This document shows, one piece after another, positions 38,857-46,973 of a stretch of 64,000 nucleotides of DNA. The notes under the pieces were generated by a model. The model did no database searches and had not been told where the DNA came from. It was given only the letters and a program-made list of their open reading frames with translations. The stretch spans positions 431 to 64,430 of the forward strand of contig JAFQTD010000034.1 of NCBI GenBank assembly GCA_017409215.1, in the 5' to 3' direction. The position numbers and the translations under genes were made by a program. The first letter of the stretch is position 1. Every line of letters starts with the position of its first letter. The stretch is from Alphaproteobacteria bacterium (GTDB lineage Bacteria; Pseudomonadota; Alphaproteobacteria; Rs-D84).

Positions 38857-39490
38857 TTCTCGTTCTTCATCATTCCCGCATCAGACCCCATACTTACACT
38901 TTCTCGTCATACCCGCGCATCGCCCCCCATCCTCACATATTCGTCATTCCCGCGCAGGCGGGAATCCATTGCCCCGCAGGGACATCTAAGACATTATCAT
39001 GCCCCCCCACACATCATCACTTTCGTACATCGCCCCCTACAAAAATTGCAAATTAAACCTTTGTCATCCTGTGGCTTTTTCGGGCCCCGCAAAAATTGCA
39101 AATTTTTAGCTCTTGTCATCCTGTGGCTTGACCACAGGACCCAGGTGTATTCCTTTTTTTAATCAGCATAACCTAGGTTCCATGGTCAAGCCATGGAATG
39201 ACAATTTTTTTTACAAAAAATTGTTAAAACAAGGAAAACAAAACCAACCGCACCCATCACCCACACCCCGAATTTTTAACAAAACCCGCCTGCAACACGA
39301 AGTTTTAACGAAGTGTTGTCATACCCGCACATCGCCCCCGCGCCCTCGTTCATCGTCATTCCCGCGCAGGCGGGAATCCATTGCCCCGCAGGGACATATT
39401 TTTGTGAAATTTTCACACCCTACAAAAATTACAAATTTTTGTGGGTGATTTTCAGGCGGGAATCCATTGCCCCGCAGGGACATTATTAAA
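38857..39490. repeat. Mosaic palindromic (MITE-like) repeat cluster B
   Basis: Three more copies of the 30-bp core (38956, 39368, 39454). It shares modules with cluster A: tcgtcattcccgcgcaggcggg, caaaaattgcaaattttt, tcttgtcatcctgtggcttgaccacaggacccaggtgtattcc and ccgaatttttaacaaaacccgc. It also has ttccatggtcaagccatggaa. Confidence 0.85.
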
Positions 39491-39615
39491 TCCCTTCCAC
39501 CCAAAAGTTTTTTATGATTTTTGAAAAATAATATAGGCAACGCTATTTAAACGGATTGACAATGTATTTTATTTGTGTTACTTTTTTGAGAAAATAATAG
39601 CCAAAAGGATTTTTT

Positions 39616-40407
39616 ATGAATGATAAAGTAGAACAGGTTTTTTTACAAATAGTGGCCAACGTGACGTATGGCGGGGATATTAAGTACGTTCTGGAAAATA
39701 AAGAAGAAGATCGTTTTTTTGAGGCCATAGGTGCGGATTCTCTGGAAGTAGTTGAGATTGTGATGGCACTTGAAGACACATTTGATATAAATATTACAGA
39801 TGAAGAAACGGAAGCTTTTGTAAAAATGAGCTGTAATGAAATATTACATATGCTAGAGTCAGCAGGCGCATCAGCAGAATCTATGCGAAGAGCAAGAGCA
39901 CAGAAAGAAAACCAAAAACCAGTTGCTGATAAGAAACAGGCGCAGGAATCCTCAAATCCTGGTGCTGATAAGAAACAGGCGCAAGAATCCTCAAATCCTG
40001 GTGCTGATAAGAAACAGGCGCAGGAATCCTCAAATCCTGGTGCTGATAAGAAACAGGCGCAAGAATCCCCAAACCCTGGTGCTGATAAGAAACAGGCGCA
40101 GGAATCCCCAAAACCGGTTGCTGATAAAGAACAAACACAGAAAATAGAATTTAAAACTATTTTACATCAGGCAGAAAATTTGCTCGCTTCGATAAAGTTG
40201 TTTGAAACTGTACAGAATAACATAACCGCGCCGTCAAAACAGCAACCTAAACCTGCCATAGAATTGCGTACAATGAAAGACGGCAAGCCATACTGTGAAT
40301 TACTGGGCAAAAAATGCAACCGCCCAGAAAGACCAAATAACACAGGCAAGGTTTATTGTGAATTTATGAATTGCAGAATATATAACAACTTCCAAAGACT
40401 TCGTTAA
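39616..40407 (+). CDS. Acyl-carrier-protein-like domain fused to a 13-aa tandem repeat region and a 4-Cys C-terminal tail
   Basis: The N-terminus [27 protein letters not shown] matches the ACP DSL phosphopantetheine-site helix. [13 protein letters not shown] is repeated about 5 times. C-terminus: CELLGKKC...CEFMNC. Confidence 0.65.
   Translation: MNDKVEQVFLQIVANVTYGGDIKYVLENKEEDRFFEAIGADSLEVVEIVMALEDTFDINITDEETEAFVKMSCNEILHMLESAGASAESMRRARAQKENQKPVADKKQAQESSNPGADKKQAQESSNPGADKKQAQESSNPGADKKQAQESPNPGADKKQAQESPKPVADKEQTQKIEFKTILHQAENLLASIKLFETVQNNITAPSKQQPKPAIELRTMKDGKPYCELLGKKCNRPERPNNTGKVYCEFMNCRIYNNFQRLR
39925..40140 (+). repeat. 39-bp in-frame tandem repeat, about 5.5 copies
   Basis: Unit gctgataagaaacaggcgca(g/a)gaatcc(t/c)caaa(t/c)cctggt starts at 39925, 39964, 40003, 40042 and 40081, with a partial copy from 40120. 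Confidence 0.9.
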
Positions 40408-40419
40408 TAAATCATTAAA

Positions 40420-40455
40420 AAACACAGCCGCCCAAATGGACGGCTTTGTTTTTAT
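40420..40455. terminator. Bidirectional terminator between convergent ORFs
   Basis: Stem agccg/cggct with flanking A- and T-runs (aaaaaacac...tttgttttt). Confidence 0.4.
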
Positions 40456-41789
40456 CGTTTATTTGTTGTGTATCTTTTAACAATTTGCTGTTGTGCCTTG
40501 TTTAGCGGTTTTTTTGCCTGTAATTTCTCTACGGTTTTCTTTTTATCAACAGGCGCAACCCCGTATTCATTATATAGTCTTGCGATATCATCTGCAATCA
40601 CCGCGCCACTGCGCGCATTGCCAGACTTTATACGGTCCGCGGCATCGGCTAAATTTTTGCGTTTTTCCACTTTTGTTTTTTTGATATCTTGTTTTGGTGA
40701 TGGAAAAACTTCATAACAATTCTTTAAACCAAATGTTTCCTGCATATTCTTTTTCATAGCAGGGTCTTTTGTCACTTCATGCAAGGCCCGAACAAAATCA
40801 ACCACTTCTTTTGACTTGCTAAACTTGCTATAGTTATGTTTAACAGAATCATATAACAATTTAATTATATCTTGATTGTAATAATCTGTGTTCATCCTTA
40901 GCTGTTTCAAGAATGACGATATATCGCGTTTTTCTGCGATAATTTTCTCGATTCTTTGTTTAATAACCAATGCGTTTTCAAAGTATTGAACTGCGCCTGG
41001 GCCATATATTTTTGCAATTTGTTCGTCAGACAATGCATTCAGCGCTGTTTGGTCTGCCTTATCAAAGAAAATTTCAAAATTCTTTGTTTTTTTATAATAT
41101 TCCCACTTCAACCTATCTGCCAAGACTGTCACAGCCGCCCGCATAACGATATTATAGAAGTTCTTTTTCGTAAAATCATTATCTTCTGGGTTGTTCTTAA
41201 ATTCCTTGTCTGATTGTTCGCGTCCATGTGCGTGCCATTCTGAATGCGAGATATTAAAATTATGTTCCTTTGCGAATTTCAGCATTTCAGTGCGTTTTTC
41301 TTTTGGTAACGCGTTAATAGCATCTTGAATATTTTCTCGGTCAACAAGGCGTAAAAAATCAAAGACAGCTGTCCATCGTGGATATTTCATTCCAGTCAGC
41401 ATAGCTTCAACACCAACAGGCGTAAAATTTGACATTTTCTGTGTTATATTATAGTAATCGTTCGCTATGTGCTGTTTTTTCCAAAAGCCTGCGATTTCCT
41501 GAAAATATTTCTCAATTTTTGCATCTGTACTTTTATACAAATGTGGGAAATCTAATTTATGCCTCATTTTTGCTGGGGCCATATTGGTATCAATTTTAAT
41601 AGTTTTTAAATTATCATCCACAAACTTATCAATATTTGCAAACAAGTTAGATTGATTTTGTCCATCGACACCATTTATTGTGTTTTCAAAAAAATCATAA
41701 TGTTGATTTCCATCTGTCACCGATATGCCCACTAATTCACCTTCGTTATTTCCGAAATAAGCGCGTCGTTTTGTGAAAGTATATCTCAT
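40452..41789 (-). CDS. Hypothetical protein (445 aa) with a Lys-rich C-terminal tail
   Basis: Clean ORF with an aggag RBS and no recognisable motif. C-terminus: KKKTVEKLQAKKPLNKAQQQIVKRYTTNKR. Confidence 0.6.
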   Translation of the reverse strand: MRYTFTKRRAYFGNNEGELVGISVTDGNQHYDFFENTINGVDGQNQSNLFANIDKFVDDNLKTIKIDTNMAPAKMRHKLDFPHLYKSTDAKIEKYFQEIAGFWKKQHIANDYYNITQKMSNFTPVGVEAMLTGMKYPRWTAVFDFLRLVDRENIQDAINALPKEKRTEMLKFAKEHNFNISHSEWHAHGREQSDKEFKNNPEDNDFTKKNFYNIVMRAAVTVLADRLKWEYYKKTKNFEIFFDKADQTALNALSDEQIAKIYGPGAVQYFENALVIKQRIEKIIAEKRDISSFLKQLRMNTDYYNQDIIKLLYDSVKHNYSKFSKSKEVVDFVRALHEVTKDPAMKKNMQETFGLKNCYEVFPSPKQDIKKTKVEKRKNLADAADRIKSGNARSGAVIADDIARLYNEYGVAPVDKKKTVEKLQAKKPLNKAQQQIVKRYTTNKR

Positions 41790-41848
41790 AAAAAACTCCT
41801 ACTTTTTTGCTCCAATTATATCACAAAGCCCGCAATAAACAAAATATT

Positions 41849-42208
41849 TTATTGTGTGCGGTTAGTATGCTTTGATAATTCTTTATACAGTGCATCTGGG
41901 GTTTGTATCCGCCAATTTCGTAGCCCTATCATATTCTTCGCCAGTTGTACACAGCTAATCATATATCGTATATTCGTACAATCGGCATTACAGTTGTCCA
42001 AGACTATGAACACCCAACCATATTTTGACAAGATATTTAAATCCCGCAATTTTAGCGGGATTTTAACAATTTTATTAAATTTAACAAATTGCCACATTTC
42101 TAAGTCTGATTTGCGCACCAGTATCGGTGCTGTATGTACAAAATTTCTGCAAAATAAGCGTGGCAATATTTTTGATGTATTTCTGCAAAAGCCGATAATA
42201 ATCATCAT
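41849..42208 (-). CDS. Hypothetical protein (119 aa)
   Basis: A ggag RBS lies directly after the upstream ORF stop, so it is probably co-transcribed with the 42226 ORF. Confidence 0.45.
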   Translation of the reverse strand: MMIIIGFCRNTSKILPRLFCRNFVHTAPILVRKSDLEMWQFVKFNKIVKIPLKLRDLNILSKYGWVFIVLDNCNADCTNIRYMISCVQLAKNMIGLRNWRIQTPDALYKELSKHTNRTQ

Positions 42209-42225
42209 TTACTCCATAAACAAGT

Positions 42226-42567
42226 TTAATCAATCCATCCCCGTTCTTGTGCTGCAACCCCCAGCACATTCATTGCGTGTGCCCAAATTGTGACAGCATA
42301 ATTTTCACACCATATATGTTGATGGGGTGCGCGTTTTTTATCGCCAAATTTTTTCATTACCGACAAATCATCATCGGTTAATTTTCCACACAAATACAGT
42401 TTTGTAATCAGTGTTTCTACATCCAGAATTTCACAAGGTCTGCGTGTTTGGCTGTGCCTTCTGTATGAAAAATCATTTCGCACAGATTTAGAATACAAGA
42501 ACCAGAACCATAATTGTTCTGGGGATTGGAATTTTTCAGTTGCATAGTTAGCCAAGCTTTGTGTCAT
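42226..42567 (-). CDS. Hypothetical protein (113 aa from MTQSL)
   Basis: An aaggag RBS lies 9 nt upstream of the ATG at 42567. The ORF-track start at 42609 is probably read-in. Confidence 0.5.
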   Translation of the reverse strand: MTQSLANYATEKFQSPEQLWFWFLYSKSVRNDFSYRRHSQTRRPCEILDVETLITKLYLCGKLTDDDLSVMKKFGDKKRAPHQHIWCENYAVTIWAHAMNVLGVAAQERGWID

Positions 42568-42847
42568 TTTTTCTTTCTCCTTTGTTTTTTTTATTTTGTT
42601 TTTGGTCATCGATATATATACCCAAAGAAAAGATTCTTGTAAAATATTACAACCAGCGGTTGAATTGCGAATCGAAAATCCGATTCAAAACGCATATTTA
42701 TAAAATGGTACGCGAATCGGCTTTTATTCCTAAAACGGGTATTACATCAGCTTATTTAATAAAAAAAAGTGCGCGATAATGCGCACTGAAAATAAAATAT
42801 CAATATACTAATTTTCGTTTATCTCCTTTGCTTAATCGTTTGTTGTC

Positions 42848-42874
42848 TAAAAACAAACCCGCCAATGGCGGGTT
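42848..42874 (-). terminator. Terminator after virB10
   Basis: Stem aacccgcc/ggcgggtt (42856-42874), followed on the minus strand by tgttttt. Confidence 0.6.
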
Positions 42875-42889
42875 GTAATTTCAAGACGT

Positions 42890-45370
42890 TTATAACAACG
42901 GCGGGAAGCAGTCGCCACCGGCCTCTGGACAGCAATTGAAACCCATTTCACCCATATCTGTATAGATTTCACCTGCACAGCAACCATTTTCATCTGGTAA
43001 ACTGCCATCCATACAGGTCAGTGCCGTATCTTCTGCAGCTGGCGCTTCTGTCACAGGGTTTTCGTATGGATTAACAACAGTGCCGTCATCGTTATATTGT
43101 ATCCCCAGAATTTCTTCGTTAAACTGTTGTGTTCCTTCGCCACCCAGTTCTTGAATCTTTTTCTGATACTGTTTCGTTTGGTCTTCAGTATAGGTCTTAT
43201 ATTGTAAAGCTTTCTTTGATTGATAGCTTTGCGATTGGCACCAGAACAGCAGTGTTTGATAAGAATAACCACCACATGCCGCATTGTTAGCATTAGTATT
43301 TTTACGGCATTCTTCAATTGGTCGGCACTGTCCCGATACTTCATCGCACTCACAAAAGTTCAATGTTTGAAACGCTCTCGATTGTCCCATCCATTCCGGT
43401 GATTCATAATCAATTGGGTCGAAAGCATGCATTCCTTTGCCCGTTGAACGTCGCGATCCGTTATCGTATCCCAAGGCGCATTTTTTCCCACTATTTGTAT
43501 CGTCACCACATGATGCGACCAAATCCACAGGTGAATATACGGTTATACGTGTACCTGCGGCAATTGTAAATGGCGGAACCGAACTGTTCATCATATCCAG
43601 CATTAATTTTTGTGCAACCGCATTCCACGCGCTAATAATTTCAGACTTTGCTAACTCAGATGAACGCACTGTTCCACTTTGAACAACTGTATTGTTATCC
43701 AGGTCAATCTGGTTAACAAACGCATCCGCCACTGGATTAATCAGGTTAATCGCCGCAGGAACAAAAGAAGTCAACATTGGCATAAAGAATTGTTCCAGAT
43801 AGTCTGTACTGCCACGTCCCAGAACACCTTCACGTCCTTGTGCGTCACCAGAAAAAGGATCGTTATTTCCTTCTCCTGTAAAATTATACTCCATCCCATT
43901 TGGTAAGACGAACTGGTACCATTTTATCGACATACGCCCGATTGATGCGTATGGCCCGGGCAACTTGCCTGTCACATACCCCAGCATTAATGTCCCAGCC
44001 GGTATAATAACATTGCGTCCTGAATCAGAATAAACGTTTCTATCAACAGTTGCGCGCACTGGCAAGAAACTGTTTTCTAACGCTTCGGGGTCTGCACGCA
44101 CCTCTGACACAATTGTTGCAGGAATTGGTTTATATTGACGTAATATGAATTGTCTGTCGTATGGTCGTGTTGGTCTTAATCTGTCTTCTCCAGACCCCAG
44201 ATATTCGTCTACATCAATTGGCGCTGCTGGCTTTACAATATCTTGACCTGATGATAACTCACGCCCCATTGTTCCAGTAGGTGTTGAAGGGGTATCGCTT
44301 TGTTTTGCACGAATAACTTGTTTTATTGCGGGTCTCATTTTTAATTCAGGCAACACACCACTATTTACCACCGACAAACCGATATGTTCTGCATCTGTTC
44401 CGATTTTTTTACCACTGTCATCTGTGATGATACCATTGTCTGGATTATAAGTCCCTTCGGCATTGGTACAGTCCTTGTCCGCAAAAGAATGATAATAATA
44501 CGCACCACCCGATGGCTTTACCCACCCGATTTGTTTGCCTGATGTTCCGTATGCAGGGAATGCAAAATCTGAACATCCATCAGGAATCACAATTTCAATA
44601 TCTTTCTTTGCTTTTTTTGCAGGCTTTTTAATTGCCGGTGCCAATGCATTAACAGATTTTTTGACGTTTTCCTTTACAGGCTCTGGTTCTGGCTCTGGTT
44701 CTGGTTCTTCCACAGGTTCTGGTTCAAAATCAAGTTCTTCTTCTGGCTCTTGATTTACGAATGGCTCTTCCTCTGGTTCTTCCGCTGGTTCAGGTTTTGG
44801 TTCAGGCTCTGACACAGACATTGGCACAGGGGTTGGTTCTTTGATTGGTGCTTGCGCCCCCAGTGTCAAAACGATTTTAGATTCTTTTTTCATTGTTTGT
44901 GGTTCTTTTACGTCATGCCATTCGACGAACAAAGAAACGTTTGTGACGGGCTGAACAGTGGTTGGTTCATATTTCAAAAATATTTTGCACCCAATTGTTT
45001 TATTAATGGGCTGGATTACAGTGCAATTCTGCTGTACGTTTAACCCGTTAATTTCTGTATAATTATTAACCGCCAAGACATTCACATCCGCACTTGCAGT
45101 TATACTGATTTCTTGATTTTTTGTGTCACCAACCAAGACTTCAGCCCAGTTGATGATATCAGGTTCGATTTTTATTTCTGCTGTTGCCTTTTCTACATCA
45201 TTCAAGTTGGCTTTTTTATTGCTATCATCGCCAAACAATAACATCAATAATATCAACACCAACACAAACGCAGTCAGCATCAACAGCCATTGCACGCGCT
45301 TTGGCATTCCCTGTGTCAAACCCGCCAGTTTTGTTTTCAGAACATTAAACTTTTCTTTTATCTTTGCCAT
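42890..45370 (-). CDS. virB10: VirB10/TrbI-family T4SS protein, enlarged (826 aa)
   Basis: N-terminal TM, Pro/Glu-rich linker (PEPKPEPAEEPEEEP...EPEPEPEPEPV) and a TrbI core (VIIPAGTLMLGYVTGK...IKWYQFVLPNGMEYNF...DAQGREGVLGR...TIAAGTRITVYSPVDL). It follows virB9. Confidence 0.8.
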   Translation of the reverse strand: MAKIKEKFNVLKTKLAGLTQGMPKRVQWLLMLTAFVLVLILLMLLFGDDSNKKANLNDVEKATAEIKIEPDIINWAEVLVGDTKNQEISITASADVNVLAVNNYTEINGLNVQQNCTVIQPINKTIGCKIFLKYEPTTVQPVTNVSLFVEWHDVKEPQTMKKESKIVLTLGAQAPIKEPTPVPMSVSEPEPKPEPAEEPEEEPFVNQEPEEELDFEPEPVEEPEPEPEPEPVKENVKKSVNALAPAIKKPAKKAKKDIEIVIPDGCSDFAFPAYGTSGKQIGWVKPSGGAYYYHSFADKDCTNAEGTYNPDNGIITDDSGKKIGTDAEHIGLSVVNSGVLPELKMRPAIKQVIRAKQSDTPSTPTGTMGRELSSGQDIVKPAAPIDVDEYLGSGEDRLRPTRPYDRQFILRQYKPIPATIVSEVRADPEALENSFLPVRATVDRNVYSDSGRNVIIPAGTLMLGYVTGKLPGPYASIGRMSIKWYQFVLPNGMEYNFTGEGNNDPFSGDAQGREGVLGRGSTDYLEQFFMPMLTSFVPAAINLINPVADAFVNQIDLDNNTVVQSGTVRSSELAKSEIISAWNAVAQKLMLDMMNSSVPPFTIAAGTRITVYSPVDLVASCGDDTNSGKKCALGYDNGSRRSTGKGMHAFDPIDYESPEWMGQSRAFQTLNFCECDEVSGQCRPIEECRKNTNANNAACGGYSYQTLLFWCQSQSYQSKKALQYKTYTEDQTKQYQKKIQELGGEGTQQFNEEILGIQYNDDGTVVNPYENPVTEAPAAEDTALTCMDGSLPDENGCCAGEIYTDMGEMGFNCCPEAGGDCFPPLL

Positions 45371-45405
45371 CGGATAATCTGCTTTGTTTGTGTTGTTGAT
45401 ATTGT

Positions 45406-46950
45406 TTATTGTAATCTAACGACACTGCAACTTGTGCCACTAAATTTCAGCATTTTATCGCACAGTTTTTGCGCCGTATCAATACTTGCAAACGGCCCGA
45501 TACGCAGGCGATACATTCTGGCGCTGGTTGATGCGGCACCCAAATCACCAACCCCCTGTGTATCAACGGAATAGAATACCATATCTTCGTATGGTGTTAA
45601 CAACCCCTGACCATCTTCACCACTAAATTTAGCCAGCAACATTGCCCAATAATCATCCAGTGCCTTAACGGACGTATCTGATTTTAATTCCACTGCGACC
45701 CCAACTTGGTTGCTGGAAATCAGTGGTATATTTGTCTGTGGCAGGTATGCGCCCGCAGTATTGCGTTGTTGTGGCAACATATTAACGACACTGCCCGACG
45801 ATTGTACTGTATTCTGTGGCATGCCATAAAATCCCGCTGGTGTATAATACCCCGCGCCTGTCATTGGGTTAACAGTTTGTGTATTTCCCATAAATACAGG
45901 TGACCCTGTATAATTTGTTCCCATACTCATTGCGGCCATACTGTCGGTGTATGCGATATTATTCAAAGATTGACCAGACAACATACTTTGTGCGACGTTG
46001 GCCTCTGCCAGTGCCATAACAGATGCAGTATCGGCAATCAAGAATGGTTTTTCACGTTTCTTGATACAGACGATACGCTGACCGCTGCGTAAAACCATAT
46101 CTCCGACCGCCTCGACAATTAACAGTCTGCCGTCTTCCCCGTCTGTGCGGAATCCAACAGGGGATTCGCCACCTTCGACCAACAGGGAAACCACAGGTCT
46201 TTGTGTCATCGAAATAACCTTGTCACCAAAGTCAATATATGTAAAGATTCTGTCGCGCCATACGCGTTCTGGTGCGATAACATAATCGTCTGGGTTTGGA
46301 ACAAAGATATCTAAATCAAATCTAAATTCAGATGGGTCGATTTTCATAGACTTAATCCAACCGTAATCTTCGCCATCTACCCCGACAACATTTGATGTGG
46401 TTGGCGCTGCCTTGAATATAGAACGTGCCCCCCCAGATGTTTTGCCAGTTGTTCCCATTGCGACTGGCAGACTGCCATTCCCATCCAGCACAACATCGAC
46501 CTGAGAATACATAATTTCGCTGGCATTACTTGGGTGTGCCTGTAAATAAAAGATGTATTTATTCCCAGATTTGCCGGTCACAATCATATTTGTATCAGAA
46601 CCCTGATTGCCTTGCTCGGGCGAAATAAACATTGTTCTATCGCCTTGTGTTGTGTCAATCTGGAATTGTCCAGTATCACCTACGATTGCATCCTCAATCT
46701 GTTCGCCGTTTGGCAACGTGACCATTGTCACCATTCCATTGCGCAATTTTAATGGTAATACACTGCCTGGGGACCAAGCCAATTGTGCATAGCCTGGTTT
46801 TATACTGCCGTCAACCATATTGGCATTTGGATTATCCCAGGCCTCTTGTATCCCATATGGCTCATTATCATTAGAATACGCAGGTAATGAAACCAGTCCC
46901 ATCAAACAAAAAACAGAAACGCTAAACTTTAATTTTCTTAAAAAAACCAT
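45406..46950 (-). CDS. virB9: VirB9/CagX-family T4SS protein with a C-terminal SPOR-like module (514 aa)
   Basis: Signal peptide (LVSLPAYS). VirB9 N-domain (LKLRNGMVTMVTLPNGEQIEDAIVGDTGQFQI) and C-domain (DRIFTYIDFGD...PVVSLLVEGGESPVGFRTDG..LLIVEAVGDMVLRSGQRIVCIKK). Tail MYRLRIGPFASIDTAQKLCDKM. Confidence 0.8.
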   Translation of the reverse strand: MVFLRKLKFSVSVFCLMGLVSLPAYSNDNEPYGIQEAWDNPNANMVDGSIKPGYAQLAWSPGSVLPLKLRNGMVTMVTLPNGEQIEDAIVGDTGQFQIDTTQGDRTMFISPEQGNQGSDTNMIVTGKSGNKYIFYLQAHPSNASEIMYSQVDVVLDGNGSLPVAMGTTGKTSGGARSIFKAAPTTSNVVGVDGEDYGWIKSMKIDPSEFRFDLDIFVPNPDDYVIAPERVWRDRIFTYIDFGDKVISMTQRPVVSLLVEGGESPVGFRTDGEDGRLLIVEAVGDMVLRSGQRIVCIKKREKPFLIADTASVMALAEANVAQSMLSGQSLNNIAYTDSMAAMSMGTNYTGSPVFMGNTQTVNPMTGAGYYTPAGFYGMPQNTVQSSGSVVNMLPQQRNTAGAYLPQTNIPLISSNQVGVAVELKSDTSVKALDDYWAMLLAKFSGEDGQGLLTPYEDMVFYSVDTQGVGDLGAASTSARMYRLRIGPFASIDTAQKLCDKMLKFSGTSCSVVRLQ

Positions 46951-46973
46951 TTTTTCATCCTTATATGTTTCTT

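Noticed and set aside
36100-39490. Possible CRISPR array, because a ~30-bp sequence recurs seven times
   Set aside because: Spacing between copies is irregular (about 120 to 2250 bp) and the intervening sequences are themselves repeated modules. A housekeeping gene (rnj) lies between the copies, and no cas genes are in the window.
39881-40147. Alternative-frame ORFs in the 39-bp tandem repeat (74 aa on plus, 85 aa on minus)
   Set aside because: They are open only because the repeat unit lacks stops in those frames. The ACP-like frame is continuous with flanking non-repeat coding sequence and has an RBS context.
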